Source: Bacilli bacterium (GTDB taxonomy: Bacteria; Bacillota_I; Bacilli_A; RF39; UBA660). From it: a stretch of 57,843 bases of DNA. Made by a program: the position numbers and the translations under genes. Where the stretch lies: assembly GCA_017397685.1 (NCBI GenBank), contig JAFQID010000028.1:1-57843 (forward strand), in the 5' to 3' direction. This document shows positions 41,928-51,967 of this stretch, in pieces (the first letter of the stretch is position 1; each line of letters begins with the position of its first letter). The notes beneath the pieces were generated by a model that was given only the letters and a program-made list of their open reading frames with translations, ran no database searches and was not told the origin of the DNA.

Positions 41928-42263
41928 TCATTTATTAATAAATATACTTTGTTTTTTGTTCTTTTTTCTCTTTTTAGGATTTAATCTAGCTTCGTATATT
42001 TCTATTTTTATATTTAGACTTTGAAGTTTGTTTCTTAATAAGTTTTCTTTTTTTTGTATTCTTTTTGTTTTTTTAAGAGCACTTAAATAGTTTTGAACAT
42101 CTTGTGTTTTTGATAATTCTTCTAGGTTGTATATTAGTGTTTTGTATTCTTCATTATATTCATTTTCGAATGTTCTTATTTGATGTTCTACTTTTTCTTT
42201 TTCTTTTAACGCTTCTTCTAAGTGTTCTTCGCACCATTCATTATTCCAAATTTCTTTATCCAT
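41928..42263 (-). CDS. Hypothetical coiled-coil protein (111 aa)
   Basis: AAGGAGG RBS directly after uvrC. Confidence 0.7.
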   Translation of the reverse strand: MDKEIWNNEWCEEHLEEALKEKEKVEHQIRTFENEYNEEYKTLIYNLEELSKTQDVQNYLSALKKTKRIQKKENLLRNKLQSLNIKIEIYEARLNPKKRKKNKKQSIFINK

Positions 42264-42287
42264 GTTTAAAACCTCCTTGATTTATTA

Positions 42288-44072
42288 TTACTCTTTTTGA
42301 TTGCTTTTGTCAAGAGTGTTATTGATGTTTAAATATTCATGAAGCGTTTCTGCGACTGATAGTGGTATTATTTCAGATAGTTCATAAACTGATGTTTCTT
42401 TTATTTTTGCAACACTTCCATATTTTTTTATTAGTTTTTTCTTTCTTATCTCCCCTAGTCCATTTATGTTATCAAGTACTGATGATATGCTTCCTTTGCT
42501 TCTTATTTCTTTATGGTAATTTATTGCAAATCTATGGACTTCTTCATCTATTCTACTTAATAGATAAAAGAGGTTTGATCTTTTGTTTATTTGGATTGCT
42601 TCTAAGGTATCTCCATCTATTATTTCGTTTGGTGAGTGATGATTATCTTTTTTTACACCTATTATTTTTATTTTTAAGTTAAGTGAATCTAACACTTCTT
42701 TACATGCGTTTATTTGGTTAGTTGCGCCATCTACGATTATTAAATCAGGAAGTGTTTTTTGTTCGTTTAAAAGTCTAAAATATCTCCTATAAATTACTTC
42801 TTTCATTGCTGCGATATCGTCATTTTTTTCAAATGATAGTTTAAATTTTCTATAATTTTTTTTATCTGGAAGTCCATCTTTGAAACTAACCATTGCTGAT
42901 ACTGTGAATGTTCCAAAAAGGTTTGAATTATCGAATGCTTCTATTGTTGAAAGTTTTTCTAGTTTTAAAATATTTTTTAGTTCTTCGTTTGCTTCGTATG
43001 TTCGTTGTTCATTATTGTAAATCATTTTAATATCATTTTCGTAAGTAATTTTTGCGTTTTCCTTGCATAAATCAAATAGTTTTTTCTTTTTACCTTTTTG
43101 TACGTTTATTACCTTTGTTTCTAATAGATTAGATAGTACATTTATATCGAGTTCAAGTGGAACGATTATTTCTTTTGGTTTTATGTTTCTTTTTGAGTAA
43201 AAGTTTACTATGTATGATTCGAGTGTTTCTTTTGTGTCTAGTATTATTGGAAGTATTTTTGAGTTTGAACCTACTAATTTACCGTTTCTTATGAAGAATG
43301 TATAAATGCAAAGGTATGAATTGTTTAGATAATAGTTAAATATATCTCTATCTATGTTGTCATCTAGTTCTACTTTTTGTCTTTCAAATATGTTTTTCAT
43401 GTAGTCAAGTTCTTCTTTTAGTTCTTTACAAACTTCAAAGTTTAATGATTCTGAGTTTATTTTTATTTTTTCATTTATTTTATTTATTAATAATGCATCG
43501 TTTCCTGATAGGATTGATAGTATTTCGTTTTTTATATTTTCGTAGTTTTCTGCTTTGTTTTCACAGTATCCTAGGCACTCTCCGATATGATAGTATAAAC
43601 ATACTTTTTTAGGCATTTTTTCACATTTTCTTAGTGGGTATAATCTATTTAATAGATTCACTATTCTTCTTGCTGAATAACTGCTTGGATATGGTCCATA
43701 TACGTGTTTATTTTTTTTATTTATATTTACTTCTCTTTTTACTATAAGTCTAGGATATTTTTCGTTTGTAAATTCTATGTATGGGTATGTTTTGTCATCT
43801 TTTAATAGTATGTTATATTTTGGATCATATTTTTTTATTAGATTTAATTCTAGTATGAATGCTTCTGTTTCACTAGATGTGACAATGTATTCAAAAGAAG
43901 CTATTTCACTAACTAGTTTTGCTGTTTTACCAGTATGAGAAGCGGTGAAATAACTTTTTAATCTATTAAATAATATTTTTGCTTTACCAACGTAGATTAT
44001 TACTCCTGATGAGTTTTTCATTAAGTAGCATCCACTTTTTTTTGGTACATTTGATAGCTTTTCTTTAAACAT
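42288..44072 (-). CDS. uvrC: Excinuclease ABC subunit C
   Basis: GIY-YIG (GCYLMK, YVGKAK), IEAFDNS, PDLIIVDG, EVHRFAI, HhH. Confidence 0.97.
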   Translation of the reverse strand: MFKEKLSNVPKKSGCYLMKNSSGVIIYVGKAKILFNRLKSYFTASHTGKTAKLVSEIASFEYIVTSSETEAFILELNLIKKYDPKYNILLKDDKTYPYIEFTNEKYPRLIVKREVNINKKNKHVYGPYPSSYSARRIVNLLNRLYPLRKCEKMPKKVCLYYHIGECLGYCENKAENYENIKNEILSILSGNDALLINKINEKIKINSESLNFEVCKELKEELDYMKNIFERQKVELDDNIDRDIFNYYLNNSYLCIYTFFIRNGKLVGSNSKILPIILDTKETLESYIVNFYSKRNIKPKEIIVPLELDINVLSNLLETKVINVQKGKKKKLFDLCKENAKITYENDIKMIYNNEQRTYEANEELKNILKLEKLSTIEAFDNSNLFGTFTVSAMVSFKDGLPDKKNYRKFKLSFEKNDDIAAMKEVIYRRYFRLLNEQKTLPDLIIVDGATNQINACKEVLDSLNLKIKIIGVKKDNHHSPNEIIDGDTLEAIQINKRSNLFYLLSRIDEEVHRFAINYHKEIRSKGSISSVLDNINGLGEIRKKKLIKKYGSVAKIKETSVYELSEIIPLSVAETLHEYLNINNTLDKSNQKE

Positions 44073-44081
44073 ATAGACTCC

Positions 44082-44585
44082 TTATAATTTTAATTCGTAG
44101 TATATTGTTCCATATTCATTTTTAATTTCTTTAAAATTTAACTTTTCTAGCAATTTTATCGATCTATTATTTTCTTCTAATGTAGTTGCTTTTATAATTT
44201 TTAATTTTTGCTTGCAATAAGTTAATACTTCTTTTATTGATTCGGTAGCATATCCTTTGCTATAATATTTGCTTCCATAGAAATAAGCGATATGGGCGGA
44301 TAAATCTGTTTTATTTATATAATATATTATTATAACCCCTATTGGCTTTTTATTATCTATTTTTGTTACAACCCATGTAAGTGCTTTATTTTGTTTATAA
44401 TTATTTATATGTGTTTCTATTTCTTTCTTCATTTGACTATAATTTTCTATTTTTTTCATCAAAAAGTTATATTTATATATTAATGGATCACTATATATAT
44501 TATCATATAAAAGTTTATAATCTTTTTTATATATTTTTCTAAGTATTAGCCGATTTGTTTTTAATAATTTTGTTTCTAATTTCAT
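44082..44585 (-). CDS. GNAT acetyltransferase, RimJ/RimL type
   Basis: TNRLILR, KGYATE, N.RS.KLLEKLNF; AAGGTGA RBS before MKLETK. Confidence 0.85.
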   Translation of the reverse strand: MKLETKLLKTNRLILRKIYKKDYKLLYDNIYSDPLIYKYNFLMKKIENYSQMKKEIETHINNYKQNKALTWVVTKIDNKKPIGVIIIYYINKTDLSAHIAYFYGSKYYSKGYATESIKEVLTYCKQKLKIIKATTLEENNRSIKLLEKLNFKEIKNEYGTIYYELKL

Positions 44586-44619
44586 TTGTTCACCTTGATT
44601 GTTTTTATTATAAATTAAA

Positions 44620-44952
44620 TTAGTTAAAAAATAAAGCACTAAATACTTTAAATGTGTTTTTTATTCCTTTTGTCATAAAGTTTTCTACTGCTAGTGATGT
44701 TTTGTATCCTAGGTTTGATATTGGATTTGAAAAGTCCGTGTATGTAACTATGGCGTACTGTTCTACCGAAACATCTTTACCTTCTGATATATCTTTTTCA
44801 AACTCTTTTATTGCTTCGTCTGTTAGTACTCTTTTTGTGTGTGCTTTATATTCATAATATCCTGTTTCTTTTGATATATAAAGTACTAAAAAACATAAGA
44901 ATAATAAGCCTAAAATATAAATGAAATAATTTTTTTTCTTTTTAGTTTCCAT
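44620..44952 (-). CDS. Small membrane protein coupled to spoIIP
   Basis: N-terminal TM; overlaps the spoIIP stop (yqxA position in Bacillus). Confidence 0.7.
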   Translation of the reverse strand: METKKKKNYFIYILGLLFLCFLVLYISKETGYYEYKAHTKRVLTDEAIKEFEKDISEGKDVSVEQYAIVTYTDFSNPISNLGYKTSLAVENFMTKGIKNTFKVFSALFFN

Positions 44953-45847
44953 TTTGATTCTCCATATAATTATTTATTATGCTTGCGAAAACTTCTAGTG
45001 AATTATTTATTTCTTCTAGGGTATTATCTACTCCTCCTAGTTCTATTAGTATAGCTTTATCTTTTAAATCTTGATTAAATCTTGCATCCTCTCTTATATA
45101 TATTCCTCTTGATATCCCTTTATATTTTTTATTAAGTAGTTCGTTTATTTCTTTTACAAATTTAAGGTTTTTTTCATAGTTTTTGTGGTTTGTTCCTACT
45201 ACAAACATTATACGTGCATATTTTTTTCCTTTTTTTTCATATAATGTTTTTTCTTTTTTTACTGAATCTCTATGTAAATCAATTAAATATTCTACTTTTT
45301 TATTTTCATTAAGTGCATTTTTAGCGTAATATCTACTTGCTTCATAACTATCTTTATATTGAAGTCCGTTTTCAGTAAGATATTTTTTCATACTGTTTGT
45401 TTCTACCATTGATGGGATATTATTGTTTCCTAGGTGTTCTTTTAAAATATATGATGCGGTTAGAACTGTTGGAGTTATTGTATAGTCTGTTATTACCGGT
45501 TCGTTATAACTTTCTGTTTGATGAGAATTATATATGTAAACTATTGGATCTTTTTTTTCTTCTTTTTGATTAATTATTGGAATTTCTGGTAGTTCTTCTA
45601 AACTTATTTCAATATCTAAATCACTATAATCTATTATTTTGTTTAAACTTTCATATACCATTTTTGTTTTATCAAATGATTTATATTTTGATAGTGATGT
45701 GTTAAACATTTTATTTGTTTCATTTATTATTATGGTTTTTATATTGCTCGTTTTTACAATTTTTAAATATGAATAAAATATTATTGTTCCGATAAATAAA
45801 ATTATATAAATTTTTTTGCTGTTTTTTGTTTTAATTTTCTTTCTCAT
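44942..45847 (-). CDS. spoIIP: Stage II sporulation protein P (engulfment amidase/endopeptidase)
   Basis: VYIYNSHQTESY, SY..SR, IDLHRDS, FNQDL, LIELGG..NT. Confidence 0.92.
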   Translation of the reverse strand: MRKKIKTKNSKKIYIILFIGTIIFYSYLKIVKTSNIKTIIINETNKMFNTSLSKYKSFDKTKMVYESLNKIIDYSDLDIEISLEELPEIPIINQKEEKKDPIVYIYNSHQTESYNEPVITDYTITPTVLTASYILKEHLGNNNIPSMVETNSMKKYLTENGLQYKDSYEASRYYAKNALNENKKVEYLIDLHRDSVKKEKTLYEKKGKKYARIMFVVGTNHKNYEKNLKFVKEINELLNKKYKGISRGIYIREDARFNQDLKDKAILIELGGVDNTLEEINNSLEVFASIINNYMENQNGN

Positions 45848-45970
45848 TTTCACTCTCCTAGTGTAAGTATACTTTTTTATAATTAAAAATATTGTAGAAT
45901 TAAAGATGCTTTACTTGATTTTTTTAATTTTTCTTGGTATGATAGGCATGAACTTTAAAGGAGGTGAATT

Positions 45971-46222
45971 ATGCCTAATATTAAAAGTGCTAAGAAAAGA
46001 GTTTTAACTACTAAAAAAGAAACTGAACTTAATAATGTTGTTAAAACTAGTATGAGAACAGCAATTAAAAATGTAGAAAAAGCTAGTACTAAAGAAGAAG
46101 CTGTTGCTAAAAGTGCTGTTGCTATTAAGAGAATAGACAATGCTGCTAGCAAGGGTGTTATTAAAGCTAATACTAGAGATAGATATAAGAAAAGAGTGCA
46201 AAAAATCGTAAGTACAAAGTAA
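45971..46222 (+). CDS. rpsT: 30S ribosomal protein S20
   Basis: MPNIKSAKKR, MRTAIK, ID.AASKGVI..N. Confidence 0.97.
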   Translation: MPNIKSAKKRVLTTKKETELNNVVKTSMRTAIKNVEKASTKEEAVAKSAVAIKRIDNAASKGVIKANTRDRYKKRVQKIVSTK

Positions 46223-46271
46223 GTAGGTAGAAATTATCTGCTTTTTTTGTTATACTATTTATGGTGATTAA

Positions 46272-47189
46272 ATGACTAAGAAATTAATTTTTATATTTTT
46301 TGTTTTATTATTTGTTTATTCGTTTATTTTAATATATATTAATCAAGATAGAATTGTTGAATATATTAAGAATAAAACTTACGAACCATTAGTTAGTGAT
46401 ACTATACCTACTGGAAACGATTATGAAAAGAAATATGAATATATGACTTTTAAAGAGAGAAATGATTCTAATGTATATAATAAGAATGATATTATTAGTT
46501 TGTTTTATACTTTATTAAATAAGGGAACTGATCGTTTTACTTTTTATTGTCCAGATGAGTATGAAACTTGTGCTGATGATGTTATTGAGGTTTCTAATGA
46601 TAAAGAACTTCTTGGTATTATGAATAATTATTTAAGTCCATTTAATTCTTATAATACTTTTAATATTACTATTACTAATGATAAGGAAGTTCTTATTGAA
46701 ATTGAAAGATTATATACAATTGAAGAGACTAGTAATATTTCTAATGAAATAAAAGTTGCTATAAATAAGTTAAAACTTGAAAAAGAAACGTATAATCTTA
46801 ATGATGTTAAGAAGGTTCATGATTATTTACTTGATAAAATCAGTTATGATGATGAATACGATATTAAAGATGGTATTACTCCTTCTTCTAAAGCTACTGG
46901 TGCATTACTTAATGGTAAAAGTGTATGTGGTGGTTATGCTGATGCTTTTGCTCTATTTATGGATTATATGAATATTCCTAATTTTAAGGTTACTAGTGAG
47001 GAACATATATGGAATGTTATTTATATTGATAGTGAATGGAAACATGTTGATGTGACATGGGATGATGATGAAAATAATCCAAGTAATAATCATAATTTCT
47101 TTATAATTTCTACTGATGAATTAAATGAACTTGACACTAAGGAACATAATTTTGATATAAATGATTATTTGGAGTTAAAAAGTAATTAA
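46272..47189 (+). CDS. Membrane-anchored transglutaminase-like protein
   Basis: VCGGYA, HIWN, HVDVTWDD catalytic triad motifs. Confidence 0.88.
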   Translation: MTKKLIFIFFVLLFVYSFILIYINQDRIVEYIKNKTYEPLVSDTIPTGNDYEKKYEYMTFKERNDSNVYNKNDIISLFYTLLNKGTDRFTFYCPDEYETCADDVIEVSNDKELLGIMNNYLSPFNSYNTFNITITNDKEVLIEIERLYTIEETSNISNEIKVAINKLKLEKETYNLNDVKKVHDYLLDKISYDDEYDIKDGITPSSKATGALLNGKSVCGGYADAFALFMDYMNIPNFKVTSEEHIWNVIYIDSEWKHVDVTWDDDENNPSNNHNFFIISTDELNELDTKEHNFDINDYLELKSN

Positions 47190-47372
47190 AAAACAATTTG
47201 ATGTAAACACTATTTTGGAGACATCAAATTGTATTTTTTTTACATTTCAATAATATATATTTTATAAATTTTAATTTAATAAATTTGCTTATTTAAGGAA
47301 AATATAAAAGTTAAAATTTGACAAAATATGAACGATTTGTTATTATATTTTTCATCTCAGGGAGGAGGATTT

Positions 47373-47696
47373 ATGGATAATAATGTATTATGTTCTGTTA
47401 TTGCTGTTGATTGCGTACCTAACGATCCTGTTGATATACGTTGTGGAGGACCAACAATGTTAGGCTTTGATTTTGCAGTCAAAGAGAATGAAACAGAAGA
47501 AATGATAGATTATATAATCGATTGTTTGAAAGAGCATCATGTTCCTTTGGTTAATATTTTTGTTTCTGGCAAAGTTAATAAACCGGTGGATAAGGTATGG
47601 ACGAAAGAAACAATAGAAAAAGAAATTATTAAAGATGCTTCTTATCTTAAAAGTGAAAACAATATGTCTTATTCATATAAATATTATAGAGATTAA
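47373..47696 (+). CDS. Hypothetical protein
   Basis: GGAGGAGG RBS before ATG 47373; no recognised motif. Confidence 0.7.
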   Translation: MDNNVLCSVIAVDCVPNDPVDIRCGGPTMLGFDFAVKENETEEMIDYIIDCLKEHHVPLVNIFVSGKVNKPVDKVWTKETIEKEIIKDASYLKSENNMSYSYKYYRD

Positions 47697-47719
47697 AATT
47701 GATTATATATCATTAAAAA

Positions 47720-48619
47720 CTATCGTGTTTGATAGTTTTTTTCTATATGATTATATATTTCTTTACATGTTTCATTAAAGTTATCATAGTTTACATTAAA
47801 CCATGTTATATCCTTCATTTGATTATTAAACCATGTAAGTTGTCTTTTTGCATAGTGTCTTGTGTTTTGTTTTATTTTTTCTTTAGCTTCTTCTAATGAT
47901 ATTTGGCCTGATAGGTATTCATTTAATTCTTTGTATCCAATTATTTTAGTAAAGTTTTTAAGATTTTGTTGTTTTAAACTTGTTGCTTCTTCTAAAAGTC
48001 CGTTATTAAACATTGTTTCTACCCTATTATTTATTTTTTCGTATAATGTTTCTCTATCAGATGTTAGGCCTATAGATATGAAATTATATAGTTTATTGTT
48101 TCGGTTTTCTGTGTTTTTTATTGTTTTTCCTGTTGCCTGATTATGTGATATATATCTTTCTAATCTTTGTCTATTGTTTTCGTGTATATTATTATTTTCA
48201 TCTATTTTATCAGCAATTTGTTTTAATTCTTTGTTTGTGTAGCTTGATAAATCAATTTTGAATGGCTGACTATCTTCTAGTTCATAATCATATAACAGAG
48301 CTTTTATATAAAGGCCTGAACCACCAATTATTATTATATTTTTGTTTTGATCTATTAGATTATTTAAGATTATTCGTGCTTCTTTTTGATAGTTATAAAT
48401 TGAGTAATCTTCATTAAGTGATATTATATCTATCATGTGATGAGGGATGTTTTTCATTTCTTCGTTGGTTATTTTTGCAGTTGCGATAGAAGGCTCTCTA
48501 TATATATATGTTGCATCGGCGTTTATAATTTCTGCATCTAATTTTTTTGCTAGAAATATGCTTAGGTTTGTTTTACCGGTACATGTTGGACCGCATATTA
48601 ATATTATTTTACTTTTCAT
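47720..48619 (-). CDS. miaA: tRNA dimethylallyltransferase
   Basis: GPTCTGKT, TAK, PHHMID, GGSGLY, IGYKE, TRHYAKRQLTWF. Confidence 0.97.
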   Translation of the reverse strand: MKSKIILICGPTCTGKTNLSIFLAKKLDAEIINADATYIYREPSIATAKITNEEMKNIPHHMIDIISLNEDYSIYNYQKEARIILNNLIDQNKNIIIIGGSGLYIKALLYDYELEDSQPFKIDLSSYTNKELKQIADKIDENNNIHENNRQRLERYISHNQATGKTIKNTENRNNKLYNFISIGLTSDRETLYEKINNRVETMFNNGLLEEATSLKQQNLKNFTKIIGYKELNEYLSGQISLEEAKEKIKQNTRHYAKRQLTWFNNQMKDITWFNVNYDNFNETCKEIYNHIEKNYQTR

Positions 48620-48621
48620 AT

Positions 48622-50364
48622 TTATGCTCCTGATACTCTTTTAAATAGTTTTTCTAGTTCATATATTGGATATTTTATTATTGTTGGTCTTCCATGGGGG
48701 CATGTATACGGAAAATCACATTTAAAAAGTCTGTTTATTAATGCTTCCTGTTCATTATATGATAATGAAGAGTTTGCTTTTATGCTCATTTTGCATGCTA
48801 AGGTTATTGCAGTGTTTTCACAGAATTTTACTCTATCAAAATCTTTTTTTATTTGTGATACAAGATCGAATATTTTTCTTATACTTTCTTCTTCATAACC
48901 ATATTTTAACCATGTTGGATGTTCTGTTATTCTAAATGTATTTATTCCAAATTCTTCTATTTTAAAACCTAAGTTTGTTAGCACTTCGATATTTTCTTTT
49001 ATTGTTATAAACTCATTTGGAGACATTTCTATTTGCATAGGAAAAAGCATACCGGTTGTATATATTTGTTTGTCTTCTAGGGCTTTTAGATATATTTCAT
49101 AGTTTATTCTTTCATTTGCGGCGTGTATATCAATTAGGTACATTGTTTCTTCATCGTGGGCGATTAAATAGGTTCCTAGTGCAAGACCAACTGGTTTTAT
49201 TAATATATTAGTTTCATTAATATCTTCTGTGTTAATTTGTGTTTCTAGTTTTTCTTCGTTTTCTTTTATTTCAAAGTTTATTTTTAAGGCTTCATAGTTT
49301 TTTATTTCTTCTTTTGCCTCTATAACATTTTCGTTTTCAGTTTCAATATAGGATTGTTCTTTGTATGCTTTAAATATATTATCTGTTTTAAATAGTTCTT
49401 CTTTTATTGTGGTAAATACTAAATCTAAAAGACTTTCTAGTTTTGAAAACTTAATATCTTGCTTCGTTGGGTGAATATTTACATCTATTAATGTTGGATC
49501 TGTTTCTATATTTAAAACTACTATGGGATATTTGTTTTCTGCTAGTGCGGTATGATAAGCATCTTTTATTGTTTTATTTAAATCTTTGTTTGATACTACT
49601 CTACCGTTTACTAGTGTTATCATTGCATTTTTTGTAGATTTACTAATATTTATATTACTTATGTATCCACTTATTTCATAGTCGTAATTTTCTGATTTTA
49701 TTTTAACCATATTTTTTGATGTGTTATATCCAAATATTTCATGAATGACTTTATATAATTCACCTGAACCTGATGTTTTTATGTATTCTTTATCGTCGTT
49801 TATTAGTGTAAATGCTATATCTGGATGTGATAAAGCTTGTTTTTCTATTACTGAAATGCAGTGAGCTAGCTCTGTATTTAGGTTTTTCATAAATTTTAGT
49901 CTTGCCGGAGTGTTATAAAATAAGTCTTTTACTTCTATTATTGTTCCTTGTCTTTTACTTCCAGGTTCTTCTTTTATTATTTTTCCGCCTTTTACTGTTA
50001 GTTTTGTGTTTTCTTTTCCATCGAATGTATCTAATATTACCTGGCTAACTGATGATATTGCCGCGAGAGCTTCACCTCTAAAGCCAAGAGTGTTTATAAA
50101 ATAAAGATCATTTTCGTTTTTTATTTTACTAGTTGCGTGACGAGAAAAACAAAGAATTGCATCTTCTTTGCTCATTCCTGTTCCTGAATCTATTACTTTT
50201 ATGCTTTTAGTTCCTGATTCTTTAAGTATTATTTTTATTTCTTTACTGCTTGCATCTATACTATTTTCTACTAGTTCTTTAAGTGCATTTGATATTCTTT
50301 CTACTACTTCTCCTGCTGCTATTTTATTAGCTAGAAGTTCGTCCATTATTTTAATTTTACCCAT
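48622..50364 (-). CDS. mutL: DNA mismatch repair protein MutL
   Basis: IAAGEVVER, HATSK, GFRGEAL, DVNIHPTK, DIHAANER, CPHGRP. Confidence 0.98.
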   Translation of the reverse strand: MGKIKIMDELLANKIAAGEVVERISNALKELVENSIDASSKEIKIILKESGTKSIKVIDSGTGMSKEDAILCFSRHATSKIKNENDLYFINTLGFRGEALAAISSVSQVILDTFDGKENTKLTVKGGKIIKEEPGSKRQGTIIEVKDLFYNTPARLKFMKNLNTELAHCISVIEKQALSHPDIAFTLINDDKEYIKTSGSGELYKVIHEIFGYNTSKNMVKIKSENYDYEISGYISNINISKSTKNAMITLVNGRVVSNKDLNKTIKDAYHTALAENKYPIVVLNIETDPTLIDVNIHPTKQDIKFSKLESLLDLVFTTIKEELFKTDNIFKAYKEQSYIETENENVIEAKEEIKNYEALKINFEIKENEEKLETQINTEDINETNILIKPVGLALGTYLIAHDEETMYLIDIHAANERINYEIYLKALEDKQIYTTGMLFPMQIEMSPNEFITIKENIEVLTNLGFKIEEFGINTFRITEHPTWLKYGYEEESIRKIFDLVSQIKKDFDRVKFCENTAITLACKMSIKANSSLSYNEQEALINRLFKCDFPYTCPHGRPTIIKYPIYELEKLFKRVSGA

Positions 50365-50365
50365 T

Positions 50366-51364
50366 TTAAATCATACTCTTTCTTATTTCTATTAGATTTG
50401 TGTCTAAAGTATATATTTTTATTTGACTTTCTTTTGTTATTCTAATAAAACCTAGTCCATTTATTAAAACATCTGTTTTTTCTTCTAAAGTTTTTTCAAG
50501 GTTTGGTAGTGTTTTTAGTTTATCATTTTTTATTTTTACTTTTTCATATCTTAGTTTATCATTCATGTAAAAACTAAAACTATTTGTTTTGTTTGATATA
50601 TTATCTATTCTAAGTATATCGTTTACCACTACTGAATAGTTAGGTCTGACTTGAAATGTTTTTACTCTTATTTCTTTTTTAGGATATAGTTTTATCAATT
50701 TATTATAATCCAGAAAATTATAAATTGCATTTTTATCTATAAATCCAGGTGTATCAACTATTGTTAATTTTGGATTTATTTTTATTGTTATATAGTTTGC
50801 GGTAGTGTTTGGTATATTGCTTGTTGTGACAACAGGTTTCATTGATTTACTTGATAAAATATGATTTATGAATGTACTTTTTCCAGAGTTTGTAAAACCT
50901 ACTATGTAAAGTCTTCTTACATTATCCTTTTCGATTTTATTTAAAAACTCGTCTATGTTATAGTTTTTAACACTACTTATAAACATAACATCTTGTGCAT
51001 TTGTTTGATTTTTTATATACTCTATTATTTTTTTATCTTTTAAACTTTTTGGAAGAATATCTCTCTTAGTAATTAGTATGTATTTTTTGTTTTTAAATTT
51101 ATTTATGTATGACTTTATGTTTTCGTTTATATTTAGTACATCTATAAGAAATACTATGCTGGCTAAACTATCGCTATTTATATTTCTTATAAGTCCTTGA
51201 AAGTCTATTTTTTTATCTAGTACGCTATATTCACCATAGTGTTTTATTTTGAAACATCTTTCACAGTAGTCTGCGTTATCTATTACACTTGATTTTACGA
51301 ATCCTTCCTTGCTTATGTTTATTGATTGTAATGTTGAGCCACAGCCTATACATTTTTTATTCAT
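50366..51364 (-). CDS. yqeH: Ribosome biogenesis GTPase YqeH-like
   Basis: CIGCG/CERC zinc ribbon, TKRD, G.TNSGKS, DTPG (circularly permuted order). Confidence 0.92.
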   Translation of the reverse strand: MNKKCIGCGSTLQSINISKEGFVKSSVIDNADYCERCFKIKHYGEYSVLDKKIDFQGLIRNINSDSLASIVFLIDVLNINENIKSYINKFKNKKYILITKRDILPKSLKDKKIIEYIKNQTNAQDVMFISSVKNYNIDEFLNKIEKDNVRRLYIVGFTNSGKSTFINHILSSKSMKPVVTTSNIPNTTANYITIKINPKLTIVDTPGFIDKNAIYNFLDYNKLIKLYPKKEIRVKTFQVRPNYSVVVNDILRIDNISNKTNSFSFYMNDKLRYEKVKIKNDKLKTLPNLEKTLEEKTDVLINGLGFIRITKESQIKIYTLDTNLIEIRKSMI

Positions 51365-51881
51365 AGTAATTACCTCTTTTTAGTAAGTCTTTTTTTGAAA
51401 GTTTATTAAATATTATTTTTTCTAGTATTCTATTTATTATCGTTGCTGTATGATCTTTACTTGTTAGTGGGTTTACTAGTATACTTGTAAGATCCATTTT
51501 ATTTGCTCCGAGAATATCTGTTATTAGTTGATCTCCTATTGCTGCTACCTCGGAAGTTTTATATTTATATTTTTCTAATATTTTTTCATATTTGTCTTTT
51601 TTTGGTTTTAATGCGAATGCACATGCGTCTACTTCAAGATAATCTTTTACTGGTTGTATTTTGTATTTTGGTGCGTTTGATATTATTATTAGTTTAAATC
51701 CTTTTTCTTTTAGGTTATCAAATAACTTTTTTAATCTTTTAGTAGGTTTTGGGGTATGACAAGGGGTAAGTGTGTTATCTAAATCAAATAATAAACATCT
51801 TATTCCTTTTCTATACAATTTATCATAATTTATATAATATATACTTTTTACGTATATGTCTGGCATAAATTTTTCTATCAT
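51357..51881 (-). CDS. yqeG: HAD phosphatase YqeG
   Basis: DLDNTL, ISN, KP, IGDQLITDILGAN; upstream of yqeH. Confidence 0.93.
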   Translation of the reverse strand: MIEKFMPDIYVKSIYYINYDKLYRKGIRCLLFDLDNTLTPCHTPKPTKRLKKLFDNLKEKGFKLIIISNAPKYKIQPVKDYLEVDACAFALKPKKDKYEKILEKYKYKTSEVAAIGDQLITDILGANKMDLTSILVNPLTSKDHTATIINRILEKIIFNKLSKKDLLKRGNYYE

Positions 51882-51967
51882 TGTCTTGCTCCTTAATGTT
51901 TAATTTATATTTAAAGTATATCATAGTTCCGATTAAATAAAAAGAACTAATGAAAGTTCTAATTATT

